The position numbers and the translations under genes are program-made. Shown one piece after another: positions 18,518-28,590 of a stretch of DNA of 64,000 nucleotides. Under the pieces are notes generated by a model. The model did no database searches, had not been told where the DNA came from, and worked only from the letters and a program-made list of their open reading frames with translations. How positions within the stretch are numbered: the first letter of the stretch is position 1; every line of letters begins with the position of its first letter. The stretch is from Candidatus Poribacteria bacterium (GTDB lineage: Bacteria > Poribacteria > WGA-4E > WGA-3G), in assembly GCA_965205015.1 (NCBI GenBank), contig OZ242029.1, forward strand, positions 3,936,001 to 4,000,000, read 5' to 3'.

Positions 18518-18808
18518 CTAACTCCTCCTCGATCCGATAGTATCACGAATTCCGAGCTCATCAATCAAACGGTAATAGCGCGTCGCGTCTTTCTTGTAAA
18601 GGTACCGTAACAAACGGCGCTGCTTGCCAACCAATCGGTAAAGCCCATAGCGCGAATGATAGTCTTTTCGGTGCGTCTGAAAGTGCTTCGTCAACTGTTG
18701 AATGCGCGCGTTCAAGATTGCCACTTGAGTCTCCGGGGAACCAGTGTCTTGTTGGTGTATCTGGTATTGTTGGATCAATTCCTTCTTCTCTGCTGCCTCA
18801 ATTGCCAA
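18518..18808 (-). CDS. rpsO: 30S ribosomal protein S15
   Basis: DTGSPETQVAIL, HRKDYHSR; AGGAGG SD before a TTG start. Confidence 0.97.
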   Translation of the reverse strand: MAIEAAEKKELIQQYQIHQQDTGSPETQVAILNARIQQLTKHFQTHRKDYHSRYGLYRLVGKQRRLLRYLYKKDATRYYRLIDELGIRDTIGSRRS

Positions 18809-19004
18809 TTGCGTTCACCTCCTTTTGGTCGAACAACTCATTTTTCTGATAGCAAGTTTAGGAAACTTGCAATATCCAAGAAGAATTCTCTCGTTAGGAT
18901 AAGACTACGAGATGTCCTTGCTTTATAAAACATTAAATGTGGAATAAAAACTAAATCGTATCCGGGAGATTGCTCCCTTTTCTACCTACATTTGTAATAC
19001 ATAT

Positions 19005-19033
19005 ATAATATCACAAATCAACTCAAAATTCAA
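19005..19033 (-). promoter_or_regulatory. Sigma-70 promoter for rpsO
   Basis: TTGAAT-17-TATTAT with extended TG. Confidence 0.65.
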
Positions 19034-19060
19034 ATTAAACTCACAATCTCTTGGTGTCAC

Positions 19061-20074
19061 CTACGGTTTCAGCAGCATCGCCGCCGAGGAAGTAGAGGAC
19101 GCGAGAATTTCCGTCGCTGCTGCGATGTCGCGCTGTATCTGTTGAATCAGAAATTCTGGATTTGGGAATTTCCTTTCACTTCTAATCTTCTCCACGAAGA
19201 ATATTTCTACGGGTTTACCGTAGATGATTTCATCAAAATTAAAGAAGTGTCCCTCCACCTGAATATTTACACCGTTAAATGTGGGACGCATTCCGATATT
19301 CAATACCCCGTCTAACCACCGTTCCTCTAACTTTGCCCGGATAGCATAAACACCATTAGGGGGATAGACTTGATTTTGGGTTTCTATATTCGCAGTAGGA
19401 AACCCAATTGCCCTTCCACGTCCATCACCATGAACGACAGTGCCGATCAAGGAATAGGGGCGTCCCAATAGTTGGGAGCTCAGCTGAAGATCGCCTTGTG
19501 CGAGTGCTTCTCGGATCCGAGTGCTATGGACGGGGGCGCCAGCGATCTCTGTCGGTGGCACGACAGAAACATCAAATGCATATCCTTTGCTAAGTTGCAC
19601 CAATCGTTCTGCGTTGCCTGCCCGGTTTTTGCCAAATTGGCAAGCATACCCGACAACGACGTGCTTCGCTCGACATTTCTCTAAGATCACATGCTCTACA
19701 AAAGATTCAGGGGACATTGATGCAATCTGGGCATCAAAACTGAGCATAACAATCTCATCAACGCCAAATTGTTGAAGTATTTCGACGCGCTTTGAGAGAG
19801 GGGTCAGGATAGGGGGGCACCGTTCTGGAGCAAGGAATGCAAGTGGATGTGGATAAAAACCGACCAATAGACTCGCCAAGTTATCCTGCGCGGCGCGTTT
19901 AAGAAGTGTGTTAATAACGGCTTGGTGTCCAAGATGGATACCATCAAACACACCAAAAGTGACAGCCGTTTCTCTGCCAAATTCAACGATATTGTTCAGA
20001 CTATAAGGTGTGATTGCGACCTGTGAATCGCTCCTACGACAGGCATGTTCCACGTTGCTCAATCCTTCTGGCAA
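19061..20074 (-). CDS. ribF: Bifunctional riboflavin kinase/FAD synthetase; start uncertain
   Basis: GVFDGIHLGHQ, STRIR, GRAIGFPTAN, NIGMRPT. Confidence 0.96.
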   Translation of the reverse strand: MPEGLSNVEHACRRSDSQVAITPYSLNNIVEFGRETAVTFGVFDGIHLGHQAVINTLLKRAAQDNLASLLVGFYPHPLAFLAPERCPPILTPLSKRVEILQQFGVDEIVMLSFDAQIASMSPESFVEHVILEKCRAKHVVVGYACQFGKNRAGNAERLVQLSKGYAFDVSVVPPTEIAGAPVHSTRIREALAQGDLQLSSQLLGRPYSLIGTVVHGDGRGRAIGFPTANIETQNQVYPPNGVYAIRAKLEERWLDGVLNIGMRPTFNGVNIQVEGHFFNFDEIIYGKPVEIFFVEKIRSERKFPNPEFLIQQIQRDIAAATEILASSTSSAAMLLKP

Positions 20075-21090
20075 TCACCATATCTCAAATGATTTGGATC
20101 AATGTAGCGTTGCGAAGCTTGAACAAGAGCGGCAATGGCTAATGGATAGGGCATGGCAATCCGACATCCTGCGGCGCGGGCGTGTCCTCCACCTTGGAAC
20201 TCTGCGGCAAGTTGACTCACATCAACGTATTCTTGGCTTCGCAGACTCACTTTTGTACTTCGATCTGTCATCTCAGACACACAGACTGCTATCTCAACAC
20301 CCGCAATGGCTTGGATCTGGTTCACAACGCCCTCCACGGCGTCAGGAGTTGTTCCAGTTTTTCGAAACATCGCCTGTGTTGCATACACCGATGCTATTTT
20401 CCCATCATCTGTTATTTGCAACGTACTGAGGATCTCACGCAACAGGTGCATCTTTGCAACAGGGACCTGTTCGTAGACATTCCGATAGACTTCATCCGGA
20501 GTGAATCCGCCGATCTCAATTAATTCGGCAGCGATTTGATGTGTCTCGGCTGTGGTATTACTATGTCGAAAACAGCCCGTATCAAACATCAGACCTGTAT
20601 AGAGACAAAGCGCACACATTTCGCATATTGGAAATTGATGGTGTTTAATGAGTTTGTAAACAATCTCTGAAGTGGAGGAAGCTGTCGGTACAATAAGGTT
20701 AATGTCGCCGAATGCCTCTGCGGTGGCGTGATGGTCAATATTAATGAGACTGTGTATAGGATACAAGGTTTTGGACAGTCTCGTTCCAATTCGCGCCAGC
20801 GTACTTGCGTCTAACACAATCAACACTTCAGGACGGTATGTTTCAGCCGAATGCGCGCTCTCAATACGATCCCAAAACGGTAGAAATCGATAGTTAGGGG
20901 GGACGACATCCGTGTTAAATATTTTTACGGATTTACCAAGTTTCGTGAGAAAAATGTAAAGTCCCAATTCGGAACCGATTGCATCACCATCAGGATGAAT
21001 GTGTGTTGAAAGCGCGAAGGTATGGTATTGGTCAAATAAGGTAAGGAGTGTGCTATAGTCGTGTGTATTATCCATCTGTAAGGTGTTCAT
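20059..21090 (-). CDS. nrnA: DHH family oligoribonuclease/PAP phosphatase
   Basis: THIHPDGDAIGS, IDHH, DTGCF, GGGHARAAG. Confidence 0.93.
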   Translation of the reverse strand: MNTLQMDNTHDYSTLLTLFDQYHTFALSTHIHPDGDAIGSELGLYIFLTKLGKSVKIFNTDVVPPNYRFLPFWDRIESAHSAETYRPEVLIVLDASTLARIGTRLSKTLYPIHSLINIDHHATAEAFGDINLIVPTASSTSEIVYKLIKHHQFPICEMCALCLYTGLMFDTGCFRHSNTTAETHQIAAELIEIGGFTPDEVYRNVYEQVPVAKMHLLREILSTLQITDDGKIASVYATQAMFRKTGTTPDAVEGVVNQIQAIAGVEIAVCVSEMTDRSTKVSLRSQEYVDVSQLAAEFQGGGHARAAGCRIAMPYPLAIAALVQASQRYIDPNHLRYGDCQKD

Positions 21091-21108
21091 GAAACATCGC
21101 TGCGTGTC

Positions 21109-21468
21109 TTATATTGTTTCGTCCTCGGTCGTTTCAGACTTGAGGAGTCCATCTATTTTAAAGAGATAGTCAGCGGATTCATCTATAGCGAACCGAAGTT
21201 CCGGCGAATGGCGAAGCGTGAGACGATTTCCGATCTCACGCCTAAGGAAGCCTGCTGCACTCTTTAGACCTGCGAGCGTCTCGCTTTTCCGCTCCTCATC
21301 GCCGATAACGCTCACCTTCACATCTACATACTTCAGATCCGGGGACATAGATGCTTGTGTGACAGTGCAAAACGCGACGCGCGGATCCTTGACAGAACGT
21401 TGGATAATCTCGCTTAATTCCCGCTGAATGAGGGCTGCTACCCGATCTTGTCTTCTATTTTCTACCAT
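21109..21468 (-). CDS. rbfA: Ribosome-binding factor A
   Basis: VKDPR, SPDLK, AAGFLR, PELRF.IDES. Confidence 0.96.
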   Translation of the reverse strand: MVENRRQDRVAALIQRELSEIIQRSVKDPRVAFCTVTQASMSPDLKYVDVKVSVIGDEERKSETLAGLKSAAGFLRREIGNRLTLRHSPELRFAIDESADYLFKIDGLLKSETTEDETI

Positions 21469-21511
21469 ATCAATCCTACCTCTTGCAGCAAGTTTTGGCT
21501 TGCGAACTTTA

Positions 21512-21796
21512 TCAAAAGAAAAACTCCGTTTCGTAATCTACTAATTCAGCATCTACATTCGTTTCAACAAAAGTGATGAGATGTGAGATGATCTTATTCA
21601 GATGTACAACATCGTTGGAAACCGAAACGGCAGCCAATATGGCAAACTGATGTGCCTCCAATGCTTCAACTTCAGCAATAGCAATGTTAAAGCGGTTTTT
21701 GAGTCTCGTGATGAGGCTTTTGACAACCCGGCGTTTCGCTTTTAGCGAGTGACTTTCCGGGATTCGGAGACGAATTTTACAAACACCGATGTGCAT
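21512..21796 (-). CDS. DUF503 (YlxP-like) protein
   Basis: SHSLKAKRRVVKS..RFNIAIAEV; start set at MHIGV. Confidence 0.9.
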   Translation of the reverse strand: MHIGVCKIRLRIPESHSLKAKRRVVKSLITRLKNRFNIAIAEVEALEAHQFAILAAVSVSNDVVHLNKIISHLITFVETNVDAELVDYETEFFF

Positions 21797-21813
21797 GAAC
21801 GTATGAGTCAATT

Positions 21814-21843
21814 GTGGGGGCGCGTGACAACAGCGCCCCCTAT
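21814..21843. repeat. REP-like hairpin between infB and the DUF503 gene
   Basis: GGGGGCGC-GTGACAACA-GCGCCCCC. Confidence 0.55.
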
Positions 21844-21874
21844 GAAAGTACACTGCTATAGGAACAGAACCAAT

Positions 21875-23917
21875 TTAGGAAAGTGAGCGTGCCACTTGTT
21901 CGTGAACATAGCATTCAAGGACATCACCGACTTTCAAGTCATCAAACGTCTCAATCCCTATTCCACATTCGTAGTTCGCTTGCACCTCATTGACATTATC
22001 CTTGAACCGGCGAAGCGAATTGACTTTACCTTCGTGAATTAATCGATTGTCGCGAAGAATACGAAGGGGTTGATTGAAGGAAATTCGTCCCCAATTGACG
22101 TAGCTACCAGCAACCAAACCGAGACGGGGGACTTTAAATAATTCACGGACCTCAGCCCGTCCGATAACGACTTCTCGTACTTCAGGATCGAGCAGGCCTT
22201 CCATAGCCGAACGAATATAGGAGATGAGATTGTAAATGATGTTGTAGGTCCGAACATCAATCCCCTCGGTCTCTTTCGCCTGCACCGCCTCCGTTGTCGG
22301 ATGAACGTTGAAACCGACGACGATTGCATCAGAAGCCGAGGCGAGCAAAATGTCGGTTTCGGTGATCCCGCCAACCGCTTGGTGAATAATATTGATCTTA
22401 ACCTCATCCGTACTCAACTCGAGCAGTGATGAAGCGACGGCTTGCACGGAACCTTGTACATCGCCTTTAAGAACAACGTTCAATTCTTTAATCTCGCCTT
22501 CCTGGATTTGTTGGAATAGGTTATCCAAACTGACGTGGCTATTTTCCCCGAGTTTTTCATTGCGGTACTGGTCCTGACGGGTTTCACTGATAGACCGGGC
22601 GTCCTTATCAGACGCAACGACATAAAATCTGTCGCCTGCTTCTGGTACGCCGGTAAAACCGAGCACTTCAACAGGACAGGAGGGACCGGCTTCTTTCATC
22701 CGCTTCCCGAAATCGTCCATCATTGCTCTAACTTTTCCGGAATACCTACCTGAAACAAAAACATCACCAACTTTCAGTGTACCTGCCTGTACGAGAACGG
22801 TTGCGACGGCACCGCGCTCTTTATCAACCTGTGCTTCAATAACAATACCCCGTGCTGGCTTACGTGGGTTCGCTTTGAGTTCCAACAGAGCTGCTTCCAA
22901 AAGGAGCATTTCAAGCAAAAAGTCAATCCCTGTTCCATCTATCGCGGAGGTCTCAACACAAATTGTTTGTCCACCCCAGTCCTCTGGCAGGAGTTCCTGT
23001 TCTGCCAATTGTTGCTTGACATAGTCTGAACGCGCGCCAGGGACATCTATTTTGTTAATGGCGACGACAATGGGAACCTTTGCAGCTTTTGCGTGACTAA
23101 TCGCCTCGATTGTCTGAGGCATGACCCCGTCGTCAGCTGCGACGATGAGAACGACAATATCGGTTACTTGTGCACCGCGCGCGCGCATCGCCGTAAAAGC
23201 GGCATGCCCCGGTGTGTCTAAGAAAACAATGCTCCCACCTTTTAATGTTACGTGATATGCGCCGATATGTTGTGTTATGTTACCTGCTTCAGATTCACTG
23301 ATATTTGATTGACGAATAGAGTCTAAAAGAGATGTTTTACCGTGGTCAACATGTCCCATGATTGTGACCACGGGTGCTCGAGGTTGCAAAGATTCTGGGG
23401 CATCTGGTATCTCAGCGAATAGTTCTTCTTCAAGCGTTTTTGACCTAACCGCTTCAAAATTCAAGTGTTCCCCAAGCATCACAAGTGTATCGTAATCAAG
23501 CCGCTGATTTATATTTGCCATCACTTTTAACTTCATGAGACGCATAATCAACGCCGAGGGTTGCAACTCCAGCGCTGCTGCGAGGTCAGCGACCGTCGCC
23601 CCTTCCGTAATTTGCAAATCGCTGGTTGTAGCAGTTTCTTCCGACGCTGAGACGTTTTCAACAGAGGTTTGGGACGTAGAAACGGTTTCTTCCACCGGTT
23701 CGTCAGCCAATTCTGATTCAATAAGCGCGACTGTGTCCGGATCGAGGGTGCTCATCCCGTTTTTAACGCGAACTCCATGCTCCTCAAGTAGAGCGATAAG
23801 TTCCTTGTTTGTTAGATTGTATTCTTTCGCCAATTCATAAACCCGCGTACCAGAAACTTGACTTTCCTCTCGACTCCCTTTCGCGGGTTTCCCTCGCTGT
23901 CGTTGGGCTCTGCTCAT
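21875..23917 (-). CDS. infB: Translation initiation factor IF-2
   Basis: [25 protein letters not shown]; N-terminal RVYELAKE. Confidence 0.99.
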   Translation of the reverse strand: MSRAQRQRGKPAKGSREESQVSGTRVYELAKEYNLTNKELIALLEEHGVRVKNGMSTLDPDTVALIESELADEPVEETVSTSQTSVENVSASEETATTSDLQITEGATVADLAAALELQPSALIMRLMKLKVMANINQRLDYDTLVMLGEHLNFEAVRSKTLEEELFAEIPDAPESLQPRAPVVTIMGHVDHGKTSLLDSIRQSNISESEAGNITQHIGAYHVTLKGGSIVFLDTPGHAAFTAMRARGAQVTDIVVLIVAADDGVMPQTIEAISHAKAAKVPIVVAINKIDVPGARSDYVKQQLAEQELLPEDWGGQTICVETSAIDGTGIDFLLEMLLLEAALLELKANPRKPARGIVIEAQVDKERGAVATVLVQAGTLKVGDVFVSGRYSGKVRAMMDDFGKRMKEAGPSCPVEVLGFTGVPEAGDRFYVVASDKDARSISETRQDQYRNEKLGENSHVSLDNLFQQIQEGEIKELNVVLKGDVQGSVQAVASSLLELSTDEVKINIIHQAVGGITETDILLASASDAIVVGFNVHPTTEAVQAKETEGIDVRTYNIIYNLISYIRSAMEGLLDPEVREVVIGRAEVRELFKVPRLGLVAGSYVNWGRISFNQPLRILRDNRLIHEGKVNSLRRFKDNVNEVQANYECGIGIETFDDLKVGDVLECYVHEQVARSLS

Positions 23918-24228
23918 AATAATTCCTCCTTTTCTTCTTTTAGGCTCGTGGACTTTTGGGTCCTTTGAAGAAGCACTTGTTCAAACTCCGCTATATGCTC
24001 ACTTGCCAGTTGCACACGTAATAAAGAATTAATCCGTTTGGGAGACTTGAACGCTCTTCGAATGCAATCTTGAGCAGGGCAAACGTAAGCCCCACGCCCG
24101 CCTAACTTCTTTTGACTGTCGATTTGCAGTTTTTCGTTTCCCTGGCACACGAACCGAACCAACACTGTCTGCAATAATTTTCCACGGCACCCAATACAAG
24201 TGCGAATAATATCCCTCAATGACGCCAC
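23914..24228 (-). CDS. ylxR: YlxR/DUF448 RNA-binding protein
   Basis: RTCIGCR...GRGAYVC; lies between nusA and infB. Confidence 0.9.
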   Translation of the reverse strand: MASLRDIIRTCIGCRGKLLQTVLVRFVCQGNEKLQIDSQKKLGGRGAYVCPAQDCIRRAFKSPKRINSLLRVQLASEHIAEFEQVLLQRTQKSTSLKEEKEELL

Positions 24229-24234
24229 CCACTT

Positions 24235-25551
24235 TTAAAACTCAGTATCAAAATCATCATCCTCAGGCTCGGCAGATGGGTCCATTTTATTTTCCTCGTC
24301 AAGACTCTTTGTCCGTTCAGTTTCAAGAGTCTCCGCGTCTGCGTCTATTTCAAAGTCCTCCGACGCGTCAATGATCTGTTCAGTTTCTGTTGAATCCTGC
24401 GCACCAGCAGTCTGCTGTTCTGGCAGCCTTTGGTCAGGACTTTCTTCTTGACTGTCTGAGACGTGTTCAGATGTTTCATCAGAGCCTTCCGGTTTAAAGA
24501 GTTCATTAATCGAAACAGTATCTTCAGATTCACCCTTTATGTCAACCTTCCAACCCGTCAATTTCGCAGCGAGTCGTGCATTCTGTCCTCGTTGCCCAAT
24601 CGCTAAGGACAACTGATTGTCTGGAACAATCACAAGTGCACTCTTATCTTTATCATTCAATTCAACCCTACGCACGCCAACTCGCGCCCCCAGAGCATTC
24701 GCAATAAAGACGCTGGGGTCTTCGCTCCATTCCAGTAAATCTATCTTCTCATCATCAAGTTCACCGACGATCGTCTGTACACGTATTCCTTTGACTCCCA
24801 CACACGTGCCTACGGCATCAATACCCTCTTCTGTCGCCCTGACGGCTACCTTCGCGCGATTTCCAGGGTCCCGCGCGACCGCCATAATTTGAACCTGGCC
24901 CTCATAGATTTCAGGAACCTCCTGCTCAAATAACATGGATACCAAATCCCGGTGCGTCCGAGAGACGATAATCGGCGGTCCCCGCATCTCATTCTTCACA
25001 GATAGAATGAGACATTGTAAGCGTTTACCCCGCTCGTAATTCTGAGAGCGCGGCATTTCACGAGGCGGTAAAAACGCTTCCGTCTGCTCAAGATCCAAAA
25101 TAACACCACCCCGCTCAAAGCGTTGGACGTAACCTGTGACAACTTCACCTTCGCGCCCGGCAAACTCTTGATAAATTTTTTCTCGCTCCGCCTGCTTGAT
25201 CTTTTGGAAAAGGATTTGCCTGGCTAACTGTGCCGGAATCCGTCCAAACTCGTTCGGATTGATTTCGACATCCAGCATCTCCCCAACTTCGACATCCTCT
25301 TGGAGTTTCAACGCCTGTTCAATCGGAATCTCTGTCGAGAAATCGCGCATAATATTAACGACTTTTTTCGGGACATAACACCGTATATCACTTTTCTCCA
25401 AATTAATCTCAACGGAAACGTTGGCATCAGCACCGTAAACGCGGCGCGCAGCGGCACGCAACGCCTCCTCTATCGCTTCAACGAACACCTCTTCAGGTAA
25501 ATCTGTTTGTGCAGTATTTTGACGTATAGCGTTTTGGAGGTTTTCTAACAT
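24235..25551 (-). CDS. nusA: Transcription termination factor NusA
   Basis: FGRIPAQ, ARDPG.RAK, AIGQRGQNARLAAKLTGWKVDI; acidic tail. Confidence 0.98.
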   Translation of the reverse strand: MLENLQNAIRQNTAQTDLPEEVFVEAIEEALRAAARRVYGADANVSVEINLEKSDIRCYVPKKVVNIMRDFSTEIPIEQALKLQEDVEVGEMLDVEINPNEFGRIPAQLARQILFQKIKQAEREKIYQEFAGREGEVVTGYVQRFERGGVILDLEQTEAFLPPREMPRSQNYERGKRLQCLILSVKNEMRGPPIIVSRTHRDLVSMLFEQEVPEIYEGQVQIMAVARDPGNRAKVAVRATEEGIDAVGTCVGVKGIRVQTIVGELDDEKIDLLEWSEDPSVFIANALGARVGVRRVELNDKDKSALVIVPDNQLSLAIGQRGQNARLAAKLTGWKVDIKGESEDTVSINELFKPEGSDETSEHVSDSQEESPDQRLPEQQTAGAQDSTETEQIIDASEDFEIDADAETLETERTKSLDEENKMDPSAEPEDDDFDTEF

Positions 25552-25671
25552 AATAATTGATGTCCGCGGTCACTTTCTATTATACAGGTTGGCAAGTGTC
25601 GTCCTGTATCAACAGTCCGCGGGCTCCTTTCCATCTTTTAATATTCGCCGTGTGTCTATGGCGCTTGTTCT

Positions 25672-26121
25672 CTACCATTTCAGGTGTATACGGGCATTAA
25701 GAATTTGCGAGATTTTAACGGAGATGTCCTTTCCATCCGACTGCACTAAGACGACTTCTTCAGGATGCACATCTACGACAGTGCCTTGTATCTGACGGGG
25801 GTGGACGTTTTTTGCGGCGACTTCTATCTGAACGGTCCGCCCACAATTGCGCTGAAAATCCTTAGCGGTTCGTAAGGGTCTGTCTATGCCAGGAGAAGCC
25901 ACTTCCAACTGAGCATAGTTTGCTAAATGCTCATGAACCTCTAAAATCGGACGTACAACTTGGTTCACCATTTGACAATCTGCCACCGAAAGCCCATCTG
26001 GTTTGTGAATGAGGAGGCGGAGTGTTTTTGAATGTGTTTCAATATCCACAAGCTCAATACCATCAAGGTCGAGCATCGGTGCTAACATCTCAATGATGGA
26101 GTTTTTCTCGGCTATTGTCAT
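25672..26121 (-). CDS. rimP: Ribosome maturation factor RimP
   Basis: LEVASPGIDRPL; start set at MTIAEKN. Confidence 0.93.
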   Translation of the reverse strand: MTIAEKNSIIEMLAPMLDLDGIELVDIETHSKTLRLLIHKPDGLSVADCQMVNQVVRPILEVHEHLANYAQLEVASPGIDRPLRTAKDFQRNCGRTVQIEVAAKNVHPRQIQGTVVDVHPEEVVLVQSDGKDISVKISQILNARIHLKW

Positions 26122-26159
26122 ACTTGATATAATATAAAAAATAAAAAAACGCGATACGC

Positions 26160-26323
26160 CCAATGGTAGAGGTTCTTCGCGGTTTATATGATGTCGTAGT
26201 GCACAGTTGAAAAGAATCGGTAAACCGAGGATGAAAACCTCACCCAAATTCCAAGGACTGCGTTTTACGACCCGACCGATGCCGAAGCAACGGGGTATCA
26301 ATTCTCGCTCATCCACCTCATTG
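26160..26323 (-). ncRNA. Candidate structured RNA (6S-like or rimP leader)
   Basis: Starts just after a promoter; nested stems with G-U pairs only on the minus strand; C-UUCG-G loop. Confidence 0.45.
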
Positions 26324-26329
26324 TGTTAC

Positions 26330-26358
26330 ATAATACCCGTTTTCCTTTTTCTCGTCAA
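26330..26358 (-). promoter_or_regulatory. Sigma-70 promoter upstream of the rimP operon leader
   Basis: TTGACG-17-TATTAT. Confidence 0.75.
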
Positions 26359-26369
26359 GCCAATTGTCA

Positions 26370-26403
26370 GTGATAGTACCCACACGCTAAAGCGTGGGAC
26401 TTT
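26370..26403 (-). mobile_element. IS200/IS605-like end hairpin remnant
   Basis: AAAGTCCCACGCTTTAGCGTGTGGGTACTATCAC resembles a subterminal hairpin followed by TCAC; no tnpA or tnpB nearby. Confidence 0.4.
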
Positions 26404-26614
26404 GGCAAGGATGGTGGTAAGCCTAATCTTGGGGATTAAAGGCTGACGGCACTATCTGTAAAAAAACTGTCGCTAAAAACGAAATTCGTGAAGATTATGA
26501 CATAATTGTATCATATTCTATGCTGGAAGTCAAATTAAATCCAAGTTATCCACGCCCGTTGATGAGGGTGAAAAGTAATTTTCATTCCGATGATAGTATG
26601 CTATACTATTTTCT

Positions 26615-27235
26615 ATGAGCATGTTTCGCGAACACTGGATCGGCGGGTTAGTGGTTTATAGTGTTTTTTTCGCCATTTCACTTATCGCTACCTTCGCTGT
26701 TCCAATACTTTATGATACTGTGCCACAAGAATGGAATCCAACCATTCCACCGGTGAGGGATATTGTAAAAATCATCGGGTGTTTTGCTGTTGCAGTCCTG
26801 TTCGGATTGTGGCCGGATGTTGATATTAAGAGCAAAAGTCAAAAAATATTTTATACCGTACTATTTGTGCTGAACGTAGTGCTAATCGTTTTTTTCCAAA
26901 AGTATCTGGAATCGGCGCTCTTGGGTTTATTCGCGATGCTCCCAATTATGAGCAAGCATCGTGGGTGGACACATGCCAAAGTTACGATGATTTTGCTCCC
27001 CAGCGTGTTTTTGTTAATTCCGATTTATGCCGCATATTCAGAGTGGGAGACGGATGGCACTCTCGTAGACGCACTCAATGCCTTGCGAGAGTGGGAGGGA
27101 CTTATGGAGGCCGTCCGCAGCGGTTTTCCATTCTATGTGGCGAGTTTTATCGGTTACGCGACACATCTTCATCTGGATGGGATCTTATTTCGTTCGCGGA
27201 AAGCACAACGACAAAAGGTACGAGCCAACCAATGA
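26615..27235 (+). CDS. Membrane-bound metal-dependent hydrolase (YdjM-like)
   Basis: FREH, WPDVD, KHRGWTH, GYATHLHLD. Confidence 0.85.
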   Translation: MSMFREHWIGGLVVYSVFFAISLIATFAVPILYDTVPQEWNPTIPPVRDIVKIIGCFAVAVLFGLWPDVDIKSKSQKIFYTVLFVLNVVLIVFFQKYLESALLGLFAMLPIMSKHRGWTHAKVTMILLPSVFLLIPIYAAYSEWETDGTLVDALNALREWEGLMEAVRSGFPFYVASFIGYATHLHLDGILFRSRKAQRQKVRANQ

Positions 27236-28563
27236 AGACAACAGCACAGGTCCCCCCAAAACTATTTGACCACCCGATCCTGCGAACACTCACAATTTTC
27301 GCAGAAGATCAAGGTGTGCAGCTGTATCTCGTCGGCGGTAGTGTGAGGGACCTATTACTTGAACGTCAGACGGCGGATATTGATTTTACGCTGGCTTCTG
27401 ATGCAATCCAGTTTGCGAAAGCATTCGCAGCCAATATCGGCGCAATCGCTATTACCTTAGAAGAAAATCCGCCCACAGCCCGCGTGATTGTTAAGCAGGA
27501 CAACACTTCACAATCCTCGCATCTCAGTATGGATTTCGCACAGTTCCGCGCCGCGTCGCTCACGGACGACCTGCGTTTACGGGACCTGACGATTAATGCT
27601 ATGGCGATTGCGCTTGAAAATGTGGGGACGCTTACAAATCAGGCACGCAAACAAAATTTCTTTCGGATAATTGATCCATGTGGTGGTAAGAAAGACTTGG
27701 AGACGGGTATACTCCGATTTCCGAGCAAACAGGTAGTGATAGAGGATCCAGTTCGACTCCTACGGATTTATAGGTTCGCAGCACAGTTAGACTTTGATAT
27801 CTCCGAGAAAGCCATCGATCTGGTGATGATGTACGGGGCGATGCTGTCTGATGTAGCGGCGGAACGATGTCGGGACGAATTGATGAAAATTTTTCGCGTA
27901 AAGAAAGCGTACCCACATTTACAACAAATGGAGGCGACTGGACTCCTCACACAGGTCGTTCCGAGTCTCAAAGGGACGCGTCGGGCTTGGGCATCACTTG
28001 AGCGCTTTGAGAAAAATCCAATTCCTGCTCCTCTGCAACCCTACCGCAAGGGAATTAATCGCTATCTCCAAGAAGAAGTCAGTGTAGAAGTCGATAGGCG
28101 TTCGCTAATCAAATTGAGCCTGCTCTTGGACAACAACGTGGGTGATAGCGGTGAGCGCCTTCGATTGAGTCGAAAAGCGGTGCAGTTTATGGAATGCCTT
28201 ATCTCAGGAGGTAAGAAACTTAAAAACACACTCCCGCAATTGACACAGAAACGGATAAATCGTTTCCTAAGAACTTATACATCCGATTGGTGGGGTATCC
28301 TTCTATATTCTGCAGCATCATATTCCATTGATTCGGCGATTCTAAAACAGATTGCTGATACTTACTATGAACACGTTCTACCTATCTATAGGCAGGGGAG
28401 ACTGATCACAGGGGACGATCTGATTCAGGAATTTCATTTGAAAGAAGGGAAGCAAATTGGAGTGCTGTTAAAGGAGATTGAAGACCTTCAATTTGAGGGT
28501 GAAATTCGGACCCGTGAAGAAGCATTTGCTGCGGTCAGGGCGTTAATTCAGAAGCATCCGTGA
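27232..28563 (+). CDS. tRNA nucleotidyltransferase, probably CC-adding
   Basis: YLVGGSVRD, DIDF, RDLTINAMA, EDPVRLLR; ATGA overlap with the upstream gene. Confidence 0.9.
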   Translation: MKTTAQVPPKLFDHPILRTLTIFAEDQGVQLYLVGGSVRDLLLERQTADIDFTLASDAIQFAKAFAANIGAIAITLEENPPTARVIVKQDNTSQSSHLSMDFAQFRAASLTDDLRLRDLTINAMAIALENVGTLTNQARKQNFFRIIDPCGGKKDLETGILRFPSKQVVIEDPVRLLRIYRFAAQLDFDISEKAIDLVMMYGAMLSDVAAERCRDELMKIFRVKKAYPHLQQMEATGLLTQVVPSLKGTRRAWASLERFEKNPIPAPLQPYRKGINRYLQEEVSVEVDRRSLIKLSLLLDNNVGDSGERLRLSRKAVQFMECLISGGKKLKNTLPQLTQKRINRFLRTYTSDWWGILLYSAASYSIDSAILKQIADTYYEHVLPIYRQGRLITGDDLIQEFHLKEGKQIGVLLKEIEDLQFEGEIRTREEAFAAVRALIQKHP

Positions 28564-28590
28564 GGCATCTATTTCGTCGGTTTCTCTGCG

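Noticed and set aside
26160-26323. tRNA (metY position) or T-box upstream of rimP
   Set aside because: No cloverleaf or TTCGA loop in a tRNA context; AATTTGGGTG is not followed by the T-box GNACC.
26965-27231. N-terminal extension of the nucleotidyltransferase ORF
   Set aside because: It overlaps the hydrolase gene; the ATG at 27232 is coupled to that gene's stop.
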